Of a stretch of DNA of 64,000 nt, positions 1-14,266 are shown piece after piece. The first letter of the stretch is position 1. Each line of letters starts with the position of its first letter. Made by a program: the position numbers and the translations under genes. The notes beneath the pieces were generated by a model. The model was not told where the DNA came from, ran no database searches, and worked only from the letters and a program-made list of their open reading frames with translations. The stretch comes from the human T2T-CHM13v2.0 reference genome, Homo sapiens: the NCBI RefSeq assembly GCF_009914755.1, contig NC_060932.1. One strand, given 5' to 3'.

Positions 1-142
1 GGGTTTTAGGATCTTTATAGAAAAACCAAATTTAACAAAAGGTGCTCCTGTTATCCTGATCACTCAAGAAATTACAAGGGTTTCAGGAGTTCTGTACAGA
101 GAACCAGGGACAAAGACCAAATATATTTTGTATTCTAACACA
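1..142 (-). mobile_element. MER21-like LTR terminus (truncated by window start)
   Basis: gaaattacaagggtttcaggagttctg...gggacaaagaccaaatatattt...ca resembles the reverse complement of the MER21 5' end as recalled. Confidence 0.6.
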
Positions 143-231
143 GAGTGTGAAGAAGGAATGAATCGATAAGTGACTAAATATCTAACTGGGAGAAAAAGGC
201 CTATCTTGCAGGATTCTTGTGAGGAATAAAT

Positions 232-529
232 TTTATTTTATTTTATTTTATTTTAGAGACAGTGTATCACCCAGGCTGGAGTGCAGTGGCACGATTTTGG
301 CTCACTTTAACCCCTGCCTCCCAAGTTCAAGCGATTCTCCTGCCCCAGCCTCTCGAGCAGCTGGGAATACAGGTGTGCGAAACCAAGCCCAGCTAATTTT
401 TGTATTTTTAATAGAGACGGGGTTTCACCATGTTGGCCAGGCTGGTCTTGAACTCCTGACCTCAGGTGATCCTCCTGCCTCAGCCTCGCAAAGTTTCGGA
501 ATTACAGGCATGAACCACTGCACCTGACC
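232..529 (-). mobile_element. AluS, full length
   Basis: Alu consensus; TSD cttgtgaggaataaat (216-231) / cttatgaggaataaat (530-545). Confidence 0.95.
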
Positions 530-924
530 CTTATGAGGAATAAATGTTAAAAAACTTTGGGAAAGCACTGGGCTCAGTTCCTTGCTTCTGTGTATGATCA
601 GTAAATGTTAAATTTCCTTCCTTCATGTTCTAATCACAAACGTCCAATTTAGTTTCTGTGGCATATGACATCATTATCATTTATATGTTGGTTTACTGTT
701 GTATTTGGGCACATCTAAGAAGCCATCAGATCCATTTTTGTCAGCACTTGTACCTACTAGGCACGCTGTTTTATCTTGGCATTGCAGTATATTTCCTGAA
801 GCAAATCTCTGTTTACATATTGCAAGGAAAGAGCCCCTTTGTTGAGGACAGTTAAGTACTAAGTGCAGTTCCTATTTGGGAATATGACAACTGGGTCTCT
901 TGAAATAATAAAGAATACATATGA

Positions 925-1191
<267 letters not shown>

Positions 1192-1235
1192 AAGAAGACA
1201 TATGAAAGAAGACAGTCTTTAACCTCGAAAGGGAA

Positions 1236-1236
<1 letters not shown>

Positions 1237-1273
<37 letters not shown>
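1237..1273. repeat. (TG)18 microsatellite
   Basis: Perfect TG run seen directly. Confidence 0.98.
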
Positions 1274-1276
<3 letters not shown>

Positions 1277-1360
1277 GCAACATAGTGCAAGAATCTAGAG
1301 AGAAAGTGGCCAATAGTATCTTAATTCAAAAGGAACCACCCAGCCATTAATGGAAGATAG

Positions 1361-1678
<318 letters not shown>

Positions 1679-3894
1679 AGGAAGATAGTTTTTAACCTAG
1701 AAGGAAGCAAAAAAAGGATATATGAAAATATTGCAATAATTGAGAGAAAAAAATTGCTAAGAACATCTTAACTCAAAAACAGATAGCAAAACTATCCAGC
1801 CATACTAGTCTGTAAACCTAAAGCCCTTCCAGTTACTACATTTGATCATTAAAAGAGAAAGCATTTTCAAGAATTAATTTTCTATTTTATTTTATTTAGT
1901 TCTGTGTGTATATGGTATTTCTTTTATCTTAATGAGAAGAAGCAAAAGAAAATAGGCTAGGAAACCACTAAGTCATGTTCATTTTCTCCCACCAGAGAAT
2001 TTTTTTCAGAGAATCAGGTGTCACAGAGGATGTTTGAGATAAGTTAAAACGAGGTTTTGTTGTTTTTAGTAATGCCCAACTCCACCCCCCCAAAAAAAAA
2101 AACAAAAAAACCCAAACTGCTCTGCCCACTGAACTGTATAAAACTGACCTTTGGCAGCCGTAAAGCAAGCCCCAGTTCTTTCAAAGACTTTAGGGTCAAA
2201 GCTGTTTTTTCCATTGGATAGAACCACATGACCCTTAAATATGATTAACATTTTATTTGTCTTCTCCTTCCTCATGACAACGAACTTTTTGTGGCTGAGC
2301 ATCAATTAAGGAAAGAATGAAGAGGAATCGTTTCTGGATCCAACCAGAACTCAAGTGGGCTCCTGGCTTGGGTGGTCTAAGCAGGAGAGGAGTCAGGTTA
2401 ACGTGTAGCTTAATTTATATCCACTACAATTGCAATATGGTGTCTCTGATGCCAGTAATGATTACTTGGAAGCCAGCCATGGTTTCCTCTCTGTCTGATC
2501 TTCAGGGGCCATTCCTGCCCCAGGCTTCCTTCTATTGTCCCTAACCAAGGGGCTCTCCAATTCATGTTGCAACAAACCCAGCTCAGTACCCGTCGCCAAA
2601 GAAGAAAAGAAACAGCACATAAATATACCTGACAAAGTCATCAGGGATTAGAAAACAGATTCTGGCAATAAATATGGTAATTAGGTAATTTGAAACTTCC
2701 AGCACAGGGTTCTTTGAAAATGAAATCTCAGAACTGGAGTCCCGAGACGATTTTTGTACCATTAAGGAAAATTATGAGAAATTCAAAACTTTTTGATGGC
2801 ATTTAAGTATCTGTCGTTGGCAAGTTAATAACTTTTCTGTCCACACTAGGGAAATCTTAATGATATCATCAAGCAAAAGACCCCTACTCCCTCCAAACTG
2901 CCCAGTGATGAAACTGGTAACTGCAGCGCAAACTCCCACCCCTCTGGAAGCCAAAAGAAAGTTTAGCTTGAGTATACAATGAACACTTGGTAGATGCTTA
3001 AGAATTCGATTCAGCTGCTATTTAGCGGGAGGAAAAGTGGTGTTTCTTTCTCTCATTTAATAGCATGGAGGCTTTAATTATATTTTACTATTGCACAGAG
3101 GGGAGTTTTGTATGTTTAATCAATCTGCAGGTTGTGGCTCAGCTTAGTGTATTTGCTATTAAGAAGCCTTGATATTTCAAGGAGGGCTTCCCTTTGTACT
3201 GGAAAAACAAAAAACAAAAAAACAAAAAAACAGAGAAGGCACAGCTAGATATTACTGCTTTCAAGTCTTTTACCCAAGACTGAGTTCTTAGCTCCTCCTG
3301 GGTACCACTGCATCCTGGATTTCCCCTCATCATGACAGGGATGTTTGTACTAAGATCACTGGTTTTCTTGTCTTCCCTCCTTCCCCAGCTTCCAAGCCCC
3401 TCTAAGGAAAGGCTTCTTGTTCTGTTTCCTTTGGGATCCCTGGTTCTTCCATAGGTCCTGGCATAGTGGGCACAAAACAAGTACTTACTGAAGAAATGAG
3501 GGTGTAGAGCCTGCAGGAATGAAAGCTGCTTTCATGATAGAAAAATTCAGTGTATTGGGAAGATTTTATATTTTATTTTCCTATTAGAGCGATTTGCATA
3601 ACTCATTGTACTCTTCTAAAATATAATCTATGAGAGATAGAGATACAAGAACTCTAGGATAGTAGTTCTCAGCCTAATTTAATGGTGAAAATCACAGTCA
3701 AAAATTAAAATATAAATTTCCTTGTGAAATTTTAGAATGGAGATCTAAAATTCTATTGCTTCACATCATCATCATCATCATTATTATTATCATCCCCGGT
3801 TGACTCTGAAACTTTGGAACCACTGCTTTTGAAATTAGATAATCCAGTCCGTTTAGTGGATATAGGAGACCATTCACTCTGGAAAATAGAGAAT

Positions 3895-3960
3895 GTCGCA
3901 CAAGGTCACAAAGCAAGTTAGTGGCAGAGGCAGGACTTGGACCACGGTTTTCTGACTCTC
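3895..3960 (+). mobile_element. MIR fragment
   Basis: caaggtcacaaagcaagttagtggcagaggcaggact matches the MIR core. Confidence 0.65.
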
Positions 3961-3965
3961 AGGTT

Positions 3966-4718
<753 letters not shown>

Positions 4719-5427
4719 ACGTTTTTTCTTTCTTTCTTGCACTAAAAGCCCTTAAGAGTTTACTGAGCACCTATTATATGCCAGCACTCTGCTGTGTGTT
4801 GGACATAAGACAGAAATAATAATAAAGTTCTCCTTTATTGAGCATTTACTATGCACGTAATACTGAGTGAACTGCTCTATGTAATATACTCCTACAACAT
4901 ACTTAGTATTATAATTGAATGACAGAACTTTAACTTAAAGGGGTTAACTTGTCCAACAGAAAAAAATCACTTGCTTTTAAACAGAGGGCTCTGCTGTTGA
5001 AAAATCAGGTCTCAAGGGATAGATAAGCACCTGAAAAAGTAATTATATGTGATTTGATGAAGTTTTCTCTCTCATCCATTCCGCCCACTCCCTGCCTCTC
5101 CTGGTGCCTGATGACTTTGATAATGTAACCAAAACTAGAGAGGGCAATAGACCCTCTTTAGCATGAGGTACAGAACTGTTTGCAGGAAGAAGTCTGTGGA
5201 ATAAAGATCTGATTTATTTATTTTTTAAAATATAATCCAGTTGGAGACCAGAGCACTGTGAAGTCAGCTGCTTCTCCTTTCCCTCTATCCTCAAACTCTA
5301 AAGCCCCAACTAGGCTGCTACCAGCTGCAGATAAGAGAATAATTAACAATGAAGAGAGGCCTTTGCTTGAAGACAACTTGAGTAAGAACTTTCACGGGCT
5401 CGGGGTATGGATTTGAGAGAACAAAAG

Positions 5428-5714
5428 GTAAGTGGGAACGGGCCGAGGAGCCCACTCTGCAGATGATGAAGCTGAGTGGGGAGTGTGCTTGGGAATCCCA
5501 GGACAAAAAACTCAAGCTCATAAAATGGAGCTCAGAGACAAGATAAATGATCTTAAAAAGCCCTTCCAAAATGCTGATCATTTTTAGGATTCTCTATTGG
5601 TTGGGTTATAACAACAGGAATGTGAAATGTATTATCCAGGACTTCACATGCTTTTTGAGTTTTTCCTGCTGATACTAACATTTTATCACACACTGTTCCA
5701 CCCTTCTCTTACAG
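5428..5714 (+). other. Candidate U2-type intron of an unidentified (likely non-coding) transcript
   Basis: AAG|GTAAGT donor at 5428; TACTAAC at 5673-5679; AG-free pyrimidine-rich tract; CAG at 5712-5714. Confidence 0.4.
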
Positions 5715-6075
5715 AACTGAGTGACACTTAAACATAGCAATGAGTACATTCCAGAAGTCCACGGAGCCCAGATAAAAAAGCAACTAAATCTGCCAGAGGA
5801 TAGGGTGGAGTGATAAAGAAAATTGTCAGGGAAGACACTGTAAGACTTTAGCTAGCTGAATAGCATCCACTAGTGTTTGTGAGAAGGCCAGTTGGTGCCT
5901 AGGGCAGGGCTTACAGGTACACAGAGGGTTGGCACTGTGTCCTGTTTTGGAAACATAGCATTGATCGGTGGTTCTGTTCTGGAAGCTTGTCGAAATGCAG
6001 ATTATTAGCCTTGTCCCCGAGACAAATTCAATAGATTTAGAACACTTTTTGTTTTGTTTCATTTTTTAACTTGGT

Positions 6076-6520
6076 GTCACCAAAAGACAAAATTGCAACC
6101 AATTTAGTTTAAAGATTTAATTGGCTTTTATTTGCAATATTAGAATCAGGCAACACTTCATTCTATAAAATAGAATGAATATTTCACTGGGCAATGCAGA
6201 ATGGTTGGTTTCTGTAAAGTGGGAACAAGGAAAGAGATTAATAAAAAAGTAGATTGTTTAAGATCAGGTTACTACAAACTACTTTTTTTGTAAGGATTAA
6301 AGCAGAGGGAACTTTCTTTTTACACTGACTCAGGTACAATAGGGTCTTTCTGATTGATTGCTGTGAATATCCTGTTTGAGGATTTACCTGTTTCCTTTCA
6401 GTTTCAGTTGGATTATGTGGCACTTAGCATGAGGGAGTCCATTTTGGTTTGGTCTGGTCTGCTGTGGCCTGGTACAGGAGACTAATCCAAAACCATGGCC
6501 TCCAGTGGACTTTAATAGTT
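6076..6520 (-). mobile_element. ERV1 LTR (MER67/MER31-like)
   Basis: Reverse complement contains ggaggccatgg...cagaccagaccaaaccaaaatggactccctcatgctaagtgccacataatc, typical of this LTR group. Confidence 0.65.
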
Positions 6521-6539
6521 TACTTAATTAGAACTCAGC

Positions 6540-6940
6540 AGGTGCCTGAACCTGGATGGAACACAATTTACATATTTATTTTCATTAACTAAACTGTAAC
6601 TGAAATTTAGCATTTTGAAAACAGGTAACAAACTAGGTAGCATCAGTAGTATCTGGGATGTCACTAATAGAAAGCACAAGTATTTTGATGTCACATTACT
6701 CTTGTAGATTTCTCAAAATAACATTTATGCTAAATAATAGAAGCTATTCAACTTGATACTAAATCTTATGTGTTAGTAAATAAGCACATATATTGCTGCA
6801 TCAGAAAATTAATATATAGTTTTATAGATAGAAAACTGTATAATTAGTTTTGTTTGTGATCCTATGTATTTAATTTCATGCATCTAAAAACACGGTGTGA
6901 GAAGAGATTCAAAGGCCAATGGGGTCTGTGGCACAAGGTG
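6540..6940 (-). mobile_element. hAT-Charlie (Charlie4a-like) DNA transposon fossil
   Basis: gatcctatgtattt...catctaaaaacac...gagaag...ggggtctgtggcacaa resembles the Charlie4a end. Confidence 0.5.
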
Positions 6941-6951
6941 TTTGATTACTT

Positions 6952-7080
6952 CTTACCTAATGGATACAACGTACACTATTTGGGTGATGGTTATACTAAT
7001 AGCCCAGACTTCACCACTCCACAATATATTCATGTAATGAAACTGCACTTGTACCCCCTAAATCTATTTTTTTAATTAAA
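6952..7080 (+). mobile_element. L1 3' end fragment (L1MA/L1PB-type)
   Basis: gtacactatttgggtgatggttatactaatagcccagacttcaccact...ctgcacttgtaccccctaaatcta. Confidence 0.8.
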
Positions 7081-7200
7081 TGTACTTCCTGGATATAACT
7101 CCTGAAATACATATAGTACAATTAACTCCCTAATAAAATGTTTTTAATATTTAAAAAAGTTTAATTACTTCTTCTTGAATAAATGTCAGGAATCTGCATT

Positions 7201-7538
7201 ATTTTAGTTTATTTAATTAATTAATTAATCTAATTATTTATTTTGAGACAGAGTTTCGTTCTTGTTGCTCAGGCTGGAGTGCAGTGGTGCGGTCTCGGCT
7301 CGGCTCACTGCAACCTCCGCCTCCCAAGTTCAAGTGATTCTCCTGCCTCAGCCTCCCAAGTAAGTAGCCAGGATTACAGGCTTCCACCATCATGCCCAGC
7401 TAATTTTTTTGTATTTTCGATAGAGACAGAGTTTCACCATGTTGGTCAGGCTGGTCTCGATCTCCTGACCTTAGGTGATCCACCCGCCTTGGCCTCCCAA
7501 AGTGCTGGGATTACAGATGTGAGCCACCTTGCCCGGCC
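7201..7538 (-). mobile_element. AluS
   Basis: Alu consensus with AT-rich tail. Confidence 0.93.
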
Positions 7539-9207
7539 AGAATTTTTAATATGCAAGCCTGATATTTCTGATGCTGGTAGAGTAGGGAGCAAACATTGAG
7601 AGACCCTGGTGTAGGGTATGTGTTTCTGTTTCTTTGGGTGTGTGTTTTTCCACTGTGGGGAAATTAGGGGCAAAATGAGGCACTGGGGAGCAACAATGCG
7701 TGAAAATGAGACTGGAAAGTCAGCCAGGCCTGATTTTCCCAAGAAATCTTCCCAAGAAAGTTCGTTCAGCACAACCCAAAGAATGTCACATTCTCAGACT
7801 TAAAGGTGAAGACATAAACAAGTAATGCATACCATGGAGCCACCCAACTGTAATTTAGTCTTCACTTCTTACAGCCACCGTTGAACCTTGGAAGTAAAGC
7901 TACTGCGGTTTATAACAATTGTGGATTTTTGTGCATGCTATGTCTCTTATTAGCCTGATACGCAGGCCAAGAATGGGAATAAAAATAAATGAGCTGTGAG
8001 ACGGAAAAAAAAAAAAAGAAAATGCCAAGAAATCAGAGCCCTCTTGGTAAACCAAAGGTGGGGAGCTGGCAAACGGGAGCTCTGCTGTCTCTTGCTTTGC
8101 GATGATTCTGGCAGCCTGTTCCGCCACTCCGCTCTATCCAGGGAATAAGAGGCTGTGGAACCACACATGGAGATCGTAAGCAAGCCCACCCGCAGCCGAA
8201 TTTCAAGTGTTTTATTCGACCTCATCATGTTTTAATTAGAAACTACATTCATCTCTGACTTTAAAGAGAACTAAGAACTAAATTTAATATCTGTTTACTC
8301 CAAGCCCGGTAATTTATACACTTGATCTCATATAACTTTCTGAAAGCTACTCAGATCCCCGTTTGACAATTAAGTGTAGCTCAGATGGATAAAGATCTTG
8401 TTAGTCAGGTGAAAAAGCCGCAAGCTATGAAGCCTTGCTGATTTTACACTTCCATGCTGCTTTTCTAATTTGTGCTGAGGAAGTTCTACAATTAGTTGGG
8501 AAGAAAAATTACATACTGTGTCTCTTTAAAAACAAAATCAAGTTAAAGATGGCAATATACATGCATTTATCTCTTCAACGATCCAAACTAAGGAAAAAGA
8601 GAGTAAAGGGATTATTTTAAGTATAAGCCCTCAAGGACAATGAGAACAGGAGAGGACATAATAGCAGCAAAATCGTTGAAGCTGCAAAGCAGGCAGATGA
8701 TTGATATGACATAGTAACTGCACGCACACTGATCCCAAGCCTGCAGTGGGAGACCCAGTTGGGCAAGCTGACTTGGGCCACACACATTCCAAAAGAGTCA
8801 GAAATTGGTAGAACTATGTACCTCTGGGGACAGGAAGATTGTGGTAGGGGAGGATGCCGGGGAGCAGCTAACAACAGGAGGATTTGTGTTTGTTTGTTTG
8901 TTTTTAAGTAGGATTAAGGAGTTAAACCCCACATTTTTTTCTCTGTAAATCACAGCCTGGAGGTTTGTTCCTAGAACGGGATAAAATAAAGGGTCTTTGC
9001 CCTGTGGAATACCAGGCACAGATAAAGATGGGACATTCATACTGAAAAAGATGATATAATGAGAAACTTTATAAACTAATTTGAGATAACTCCCTCCCCA
9101 CTGCTCCTCCCTCCTAACACTCCCTGTTTGACCCTTAGAACAAGTTAATATCCTGCAGAAATGCAAGAGTCTGGAAGAGCCTTCTTGGGGAATCTGACTA
9201 GCTCTAT

Positions 9208-9910
9208 GGTAAACACAGAGAGGCACTGCCCAGATCCCTCTTCTAGGACCAACTGATTGCACATTTTAGGGGATCCCCATCAGTTCCTTCACATGTCTGG
9301 TTCAGCTGCAGACAGCGCCCTTGCCCAAGGTCATGCCCTCCCTGGGATGGCCCACATCCAACGACTGATAGAGGTGGGCATAGACAAGGCCAGTTCAGCT
9401 CAAGATGGAACACTCTGATGGACAAACCTCCCTCCAGAGGTCCCTGCCGGGGTGGCCTGCATTGCAGTTGGACATTTATTTATTTATTTATTTAGAGATG
9501 GAGTCTCACTCTGTCGCCCAGGCTGGAGTGTAATGGCACGATCTGAGCTCATGGAACCTCTGCCTGCCGGGTTCAAGCGATTCTCCTGCCTCAGCCTCCC
9601 AAGTAGCTGGGATTACAGGCGCCCACCAACACGCCCAGCTGATTTTTATAATTTTAGTAGAGATGTGGTTTCATCATGTTGGCCAGGCTGGTCTTGAACT
9701 CCTGACTTCAAGTAATCCACCTGCCTCTGCCTCCTCCCAAAGTTCTCAGATTGCAGGCGTGAGCCACCGCCCCCGTCTACAGTTTGACTTCTTGCTTTGC
9801 CCAATTCTTCCTACCCCTGGGCCTTAATGTACAGTGTTGATTCCTAAAAATCATCTTGCACTCCAATTTTGTTTCAGTGTCTGCTTTCAAGGAAACCAAT
9901 CCACAGAGAC
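9208..9910 (+). mobile_element. ERVL LTR (LTR16-like) interrupted by an Alu
   Basis: cagctgcagacagcgcccttgcccaaggtcatgccc...cccacatccaacgactgat resembles LTR16. Confidence 0.6.
9474..9777 (-). mobile_element. AluS
   Basis: Alu consensus; TSD tgcagttggac / tacagtttgac. Confidence 0.93.
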
Positions 9911-10807
9911 ACCAAGCAAAAAAGACCTAAATATAGGTGTAAGTATAGGTCTGCCAGTATAGCAGTTTCCCAACGAAATGGACAAAGCAGCACTTCCAAC
10001 AGTGAAGCCCACAGTCAAGGGGCCCAATGCATGCACTCAGGGTTCCAATCATCTTTGGAGAACCACACACTTAATTATGAGACACCCAAGTATCACCTAG
10101 CATCAGAAGGAAGTCTTTAACGTGAAAAATAGAAGGTAAAACAAAGAAGCTGCACAAAACATTATATTTATCAAGATATTTTATTCATGTATCAAAAGAG
10201 GAAAAATGTCAGAGAAACATAAAAAGCTGTTGGAAATCAAAATGATGAGACCAGTAATAGTTATTATCAAGAATCTCAACCAAAGAGTTTGAAGATAAAG
10301 TTGGGTCAATTTCCTAGTATGTGGAGCAAAAAAGGAAAAAAAGAGATAAAATGAGAAAAAGTAAAACAAACAAACCAAAACATTTTGATTTGAGTCCTGA
10401 AGATCCAGCATGCTAATGATAGCACCTGCATAAAGAGAGAATTCAGAAAATGAGGGTAACAATATCAATTAAATAATTCAAGAAATCTTCCCAGAATTGA
10501 AGGCATATGTTTCCAGAGTAAAAGGGCTGCCTAATCAGGACTTAATTAATCACTCATTAATATTTTGTAAATGGTTTTTTTTTAAATGCACAAACCACCC
10601 AAATAAAGAAAAAGCAAAGCAAAGAAAAAAGATGCTACAAATTTCCTGAGAGGGTGAAGAGCAGTTTCTCCATAAAAGATCAAGAACCAAAATGGCTTTG
10701 GACCATTTAACAAGACAGACTAGAAGGAAATGCCCTCAAAATTCTGAGAAAATGAAATGATTCCTAGTGTTTTCTACACTGTGTAAGTCTAATTTAGAAT
10801 GGATGTA

Positions 10808-11455
10808 TGCCTTAGTCTACTTAGGTTATAACAAAATATCATAAACTGGGTATCTTATTAACAACAGAAATTTATTTCTCACAGTTCTGATGCTGGGAAG
10901 TCCAAGATCAAGGTACTAGCAAATTCAGTGTCTGGTGAAGACCCATTTTCTGGTCCAGAAATGGCACCTTCTAGCTGTGTCCTCCCAAGGCAGCTTTCTG
11001 GGGGTCTCTTTTTTTTGAGACCCCATCTCACTCCATGACCCAGGCTGAAGTGTAGTGGCGTGATCTTGGCTCACTACAGCCTCTGCCCCTGGGCTCAAGC
11101 GATCCTCCCACTTCAGCCTCCTGAGTAGCTGGGACTATGGGCAAGCACCACCACTCCCAGCTATTTTTTTGTATTTTTAGTAGAGACAGAGTCTCACCAT
11201 GTTGCCCAGACTGGTCTCGAACTCCTGAGGTCAAGTGATCTGTCTGCCTCAGGCTCTCAAACTGCTGGGATTACAGGCTTGAGTCATGGTGCCCAGGCCT
11301 GGGATCTCTTTTCTAAGGGCACTAATCCCATTTATAAGGGCTGCATCCTCATGACCTAATCACCCCCCAAAGGTCCCATCTGCTAACCCCATCACATTAG
11401 GGATTCTATTTTAACATACAAATTTGGGGGGAACACAAACACTTAGACCAAAACA
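10808..11455 (-). mobile_element. MLT1A-like MaLR LTR containing an Alu
   Basis: MLT1A motifs (aacaacagaaatttatttctcacagttctg...gtccaagatcaagg); TSD atgta/atgtg. Confidence 0.85.
11009..11299 (-). mobile_element. AluJ-like
   Basis: gggctcaagcgatcctcccac AluJ diagnostic; TSD ggggtctctt/gggatctctt. Confidence 0.9.
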
Positions 11456-12324
11456 ATGTGCAGTAAGATGTTTTCAGACACACAGTATTTCAAAAATGTT
11501 AACTCTCATGCATGCTTTTCTTTAAAATTTAATTGAGGATGAGTTCTGTAACAACAAAGGCAAAAAACAAGAAAGAGATTTAAGAGTTGCAATAGACTAA
11601 GGGATCTAATATCAGAGAATGTGAGGATCTAGGAAGAAGGTGAAAAGTAGGAAGAAGGATGACTGTGTCCTGGGATAAAGAAGGCTCTGAGATGGTCTTC
11701 TTAAAGAAGATGAAATTAAGAGGCCCCTTCATGTGTCAGAATAAGATGAGAAGACATATGGACAAGCAGAGAGACTTTGGAGATTACTTAGTGAGATGTA
11801 CAGCAAAGGAAATAAACAAGGAAAGGCAATTATTAACTTCAGCAAAAATGAAAATCTGTGCAAGAAAGGAAGCGCAATACTAATGAACTACATGATTTAC
11901 CTGTAAATACACATATTTAAAATGATTTACCTGTAAATATTTAAATATATGTATATGAATAAACACATATTTTGAATAATGTAAACACTGAATATTTGTC
12001 TCACCATAATTAGATAAAACCTGTTAGGGCGACAGGAATGGAAAAACTGTATGTGTGTAGTGTTGTTGTAGGAGAGAGAAAATAAATCCTTATTTTCTAT
12101 GGTGGATAGCAAATAAATAAAACCTGTAACTAAAAAATGAAAAAGTAGTATTTAGGAACATGAAAGAATATATATGTATATGTCTGCAAAGCTTTAAATG
12201 GTCTCCGGGGGCTTAGGGAATGAGACAATGGAAGACAGCTTTTTGAGTTTGTTTTAATAAGCCTTGTAGAACGACTTGACTCCTTAAAACATGTTCACAG
12301 ATCACTTTAATAAAAATAAAAACT

Positions 12325-12689
<365 letters not shown>

Positions 12690-13473
12690 TTAAGGTGAAT
12701 TAGGGTTGGCTTCCCACGTCTCCTCTCCCGGGCAGAGCACTTGACTGCTGGGCTCCTTAAAACCTGCTGAATCTGGAGGACGGTGATCGATGACGCAGGT
12801 CCTTCCAGTGAAATGATGGTCTCAAAAAATGGAGAGGATGTGCTGGGGATTTAGAAGGCAGGGTAGCCAGAAAGAAGCACAAATTACCCCCACCATAAGC
12901 TTCACAGAATTGCTGACGCTAACGGCCATGGGTGAGATTTTTGCAATAAGTGTCAGCCTGATGACAGATACCACAGACAGTTGCAAAAATGTCCAAGTTT
13001 CTCCTGAAGTTTTCTGGCAGGGCAGTGGGCTCCATCCTTAGGAGTGAATCAGCTTTGGTGAGTATCGTGATTGAACAGAGCCTTAACACCAGGGCCCCCT
13101 AACTCCGCACTCCTTATGTTTGCAGGGAGCTGGAGGGGGTAAGTAGGACACAGGGAGGCCGGCATTTATTGACCTCCAGCAATCCAGCACCATGCTCTTT
13201 ATCTGAAATAGAAAAAAATAGAAACACTAAAAGGCCTTGGTCTCTAGAGTTTTCTCTGGACGGCAGAGAATAAATTCTTTTCATCAACTTCCTACCCCTT
13301 TTATTAGCAGATGCTGCAAATAGAGAGAATTCCATTTTGAATCTTTTTTAAGACTAGGAGAATTAAAAAAATTTTTTCAAGGTTTCTGCGTTTCTAAAAG
13401 TGAGTATGTAGGATGAATAGTTCATAAATTTAGGAAAACATTCCTATGCCCTTTTTGTTAAAAAAGACAAAAC

Positions 13474-13653
13474 TGGGGGGAGCGGGGAGGGATAGCATTA
13501 GGAGATATACCTAATGCTAAATGACAAGTTAATGGGTGCAGCACACCAACATGGCACATGTATACGTATGTAACAAACCTGCGCGTTGTGCACATGTACC
13601 CTAAAACTTAAAGTATAATGATAATAAAAGTAAAAAAAAAAAAAAAAAAAAAA
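13474..13653 (+). mobile_element. 5'-truncated young L1PA (L1PA3/4-like) 3' end with poly(A)
   Basis: gggatagcattaggagatatacctaatgctaaatgac...ccctaaaacttaaagtataat plus A tail; TSD aaaaagacaaa(a)ct. Confidence 0.92.
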
Positions 13654-13764
13654 GACAAACTTCAGTGGTGATCTGCAGTGGGGTCGGGGTGGGGGGAGGA
13701 AGTTGAAACAGAGGGGAGAGAAAGTGCCCTGAAAAATAAAGGGGCTTTTTTTAAATGTTGACTT

Positions 13765-13870
13765 AAATTTCTTTTTTTTTATTTCTATAGGTTTTTGGGG
13801 AACAGGTGATGTTTGGTTACATGAGTAAGTTCTTTAGTGTTGATTTGTGAGATTTTGGTGCACCCATCAC
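13765..13870 (-). mobile_element. Second ~100-bp L1PB 3'-terminal fragment in the tail of the large L1PB
   Basis: ataggtttttggggaacaggtg...ttggtgcac repeated again from ~13900; aatgttg at 13754 and 13871. Confidence 0.8.
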
Positions 13871-14266
13871 AATGTTGGTTTTTTATTTATGTTCTCTTTC
13901 CATAGGTTTTTGGGGAACAGGTGGTGTTTGGTTACATGAGTAAGTTCTTTAGTGGTAATATCTGAGATTTTTGGTGCACTCGTCACCCAAGCAGTGTACA
14001 CTGTACTCAATGTATAGTCTTTTATCTCTCACCCGCATCCCACCATTTCCCCTGAGTTCCCAAAGTCCATTGTATCATTGTTATGGCTTTGAGTCCTCAT
14101 AGCTTAGCTCCTAATTATGAATGAGAAAATATGATGCTTGGTTTTCTATTCCTGAGTTACTTCAAATAAAATAATAGTCTTCGATTCCATTCAGGTTGTT
14201 GTGAATGCCATTACTTAATTCCTTTTTATGGCTGAGTAGTATTCCGTGGTGTGTGTGTGTATATAT

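Larger units (their letters stand above)
10100..12320 (+). mobile_element. Ancient L1M/HAL1 ORF1-like relic, interrupted
   Basis: A-rich decayed ORF1-like text (aataattcaagaaatcttcccagaattgaagg, ttccagagtaaaaggg); approximate limits. Confidence 0.5.

Noticed and set aside
8798-9262. 154-aa minus-strand ORF
   Set aside because: No recognisable domain, starts within an LTR and crosses a simple repeat; length is compatible with chance
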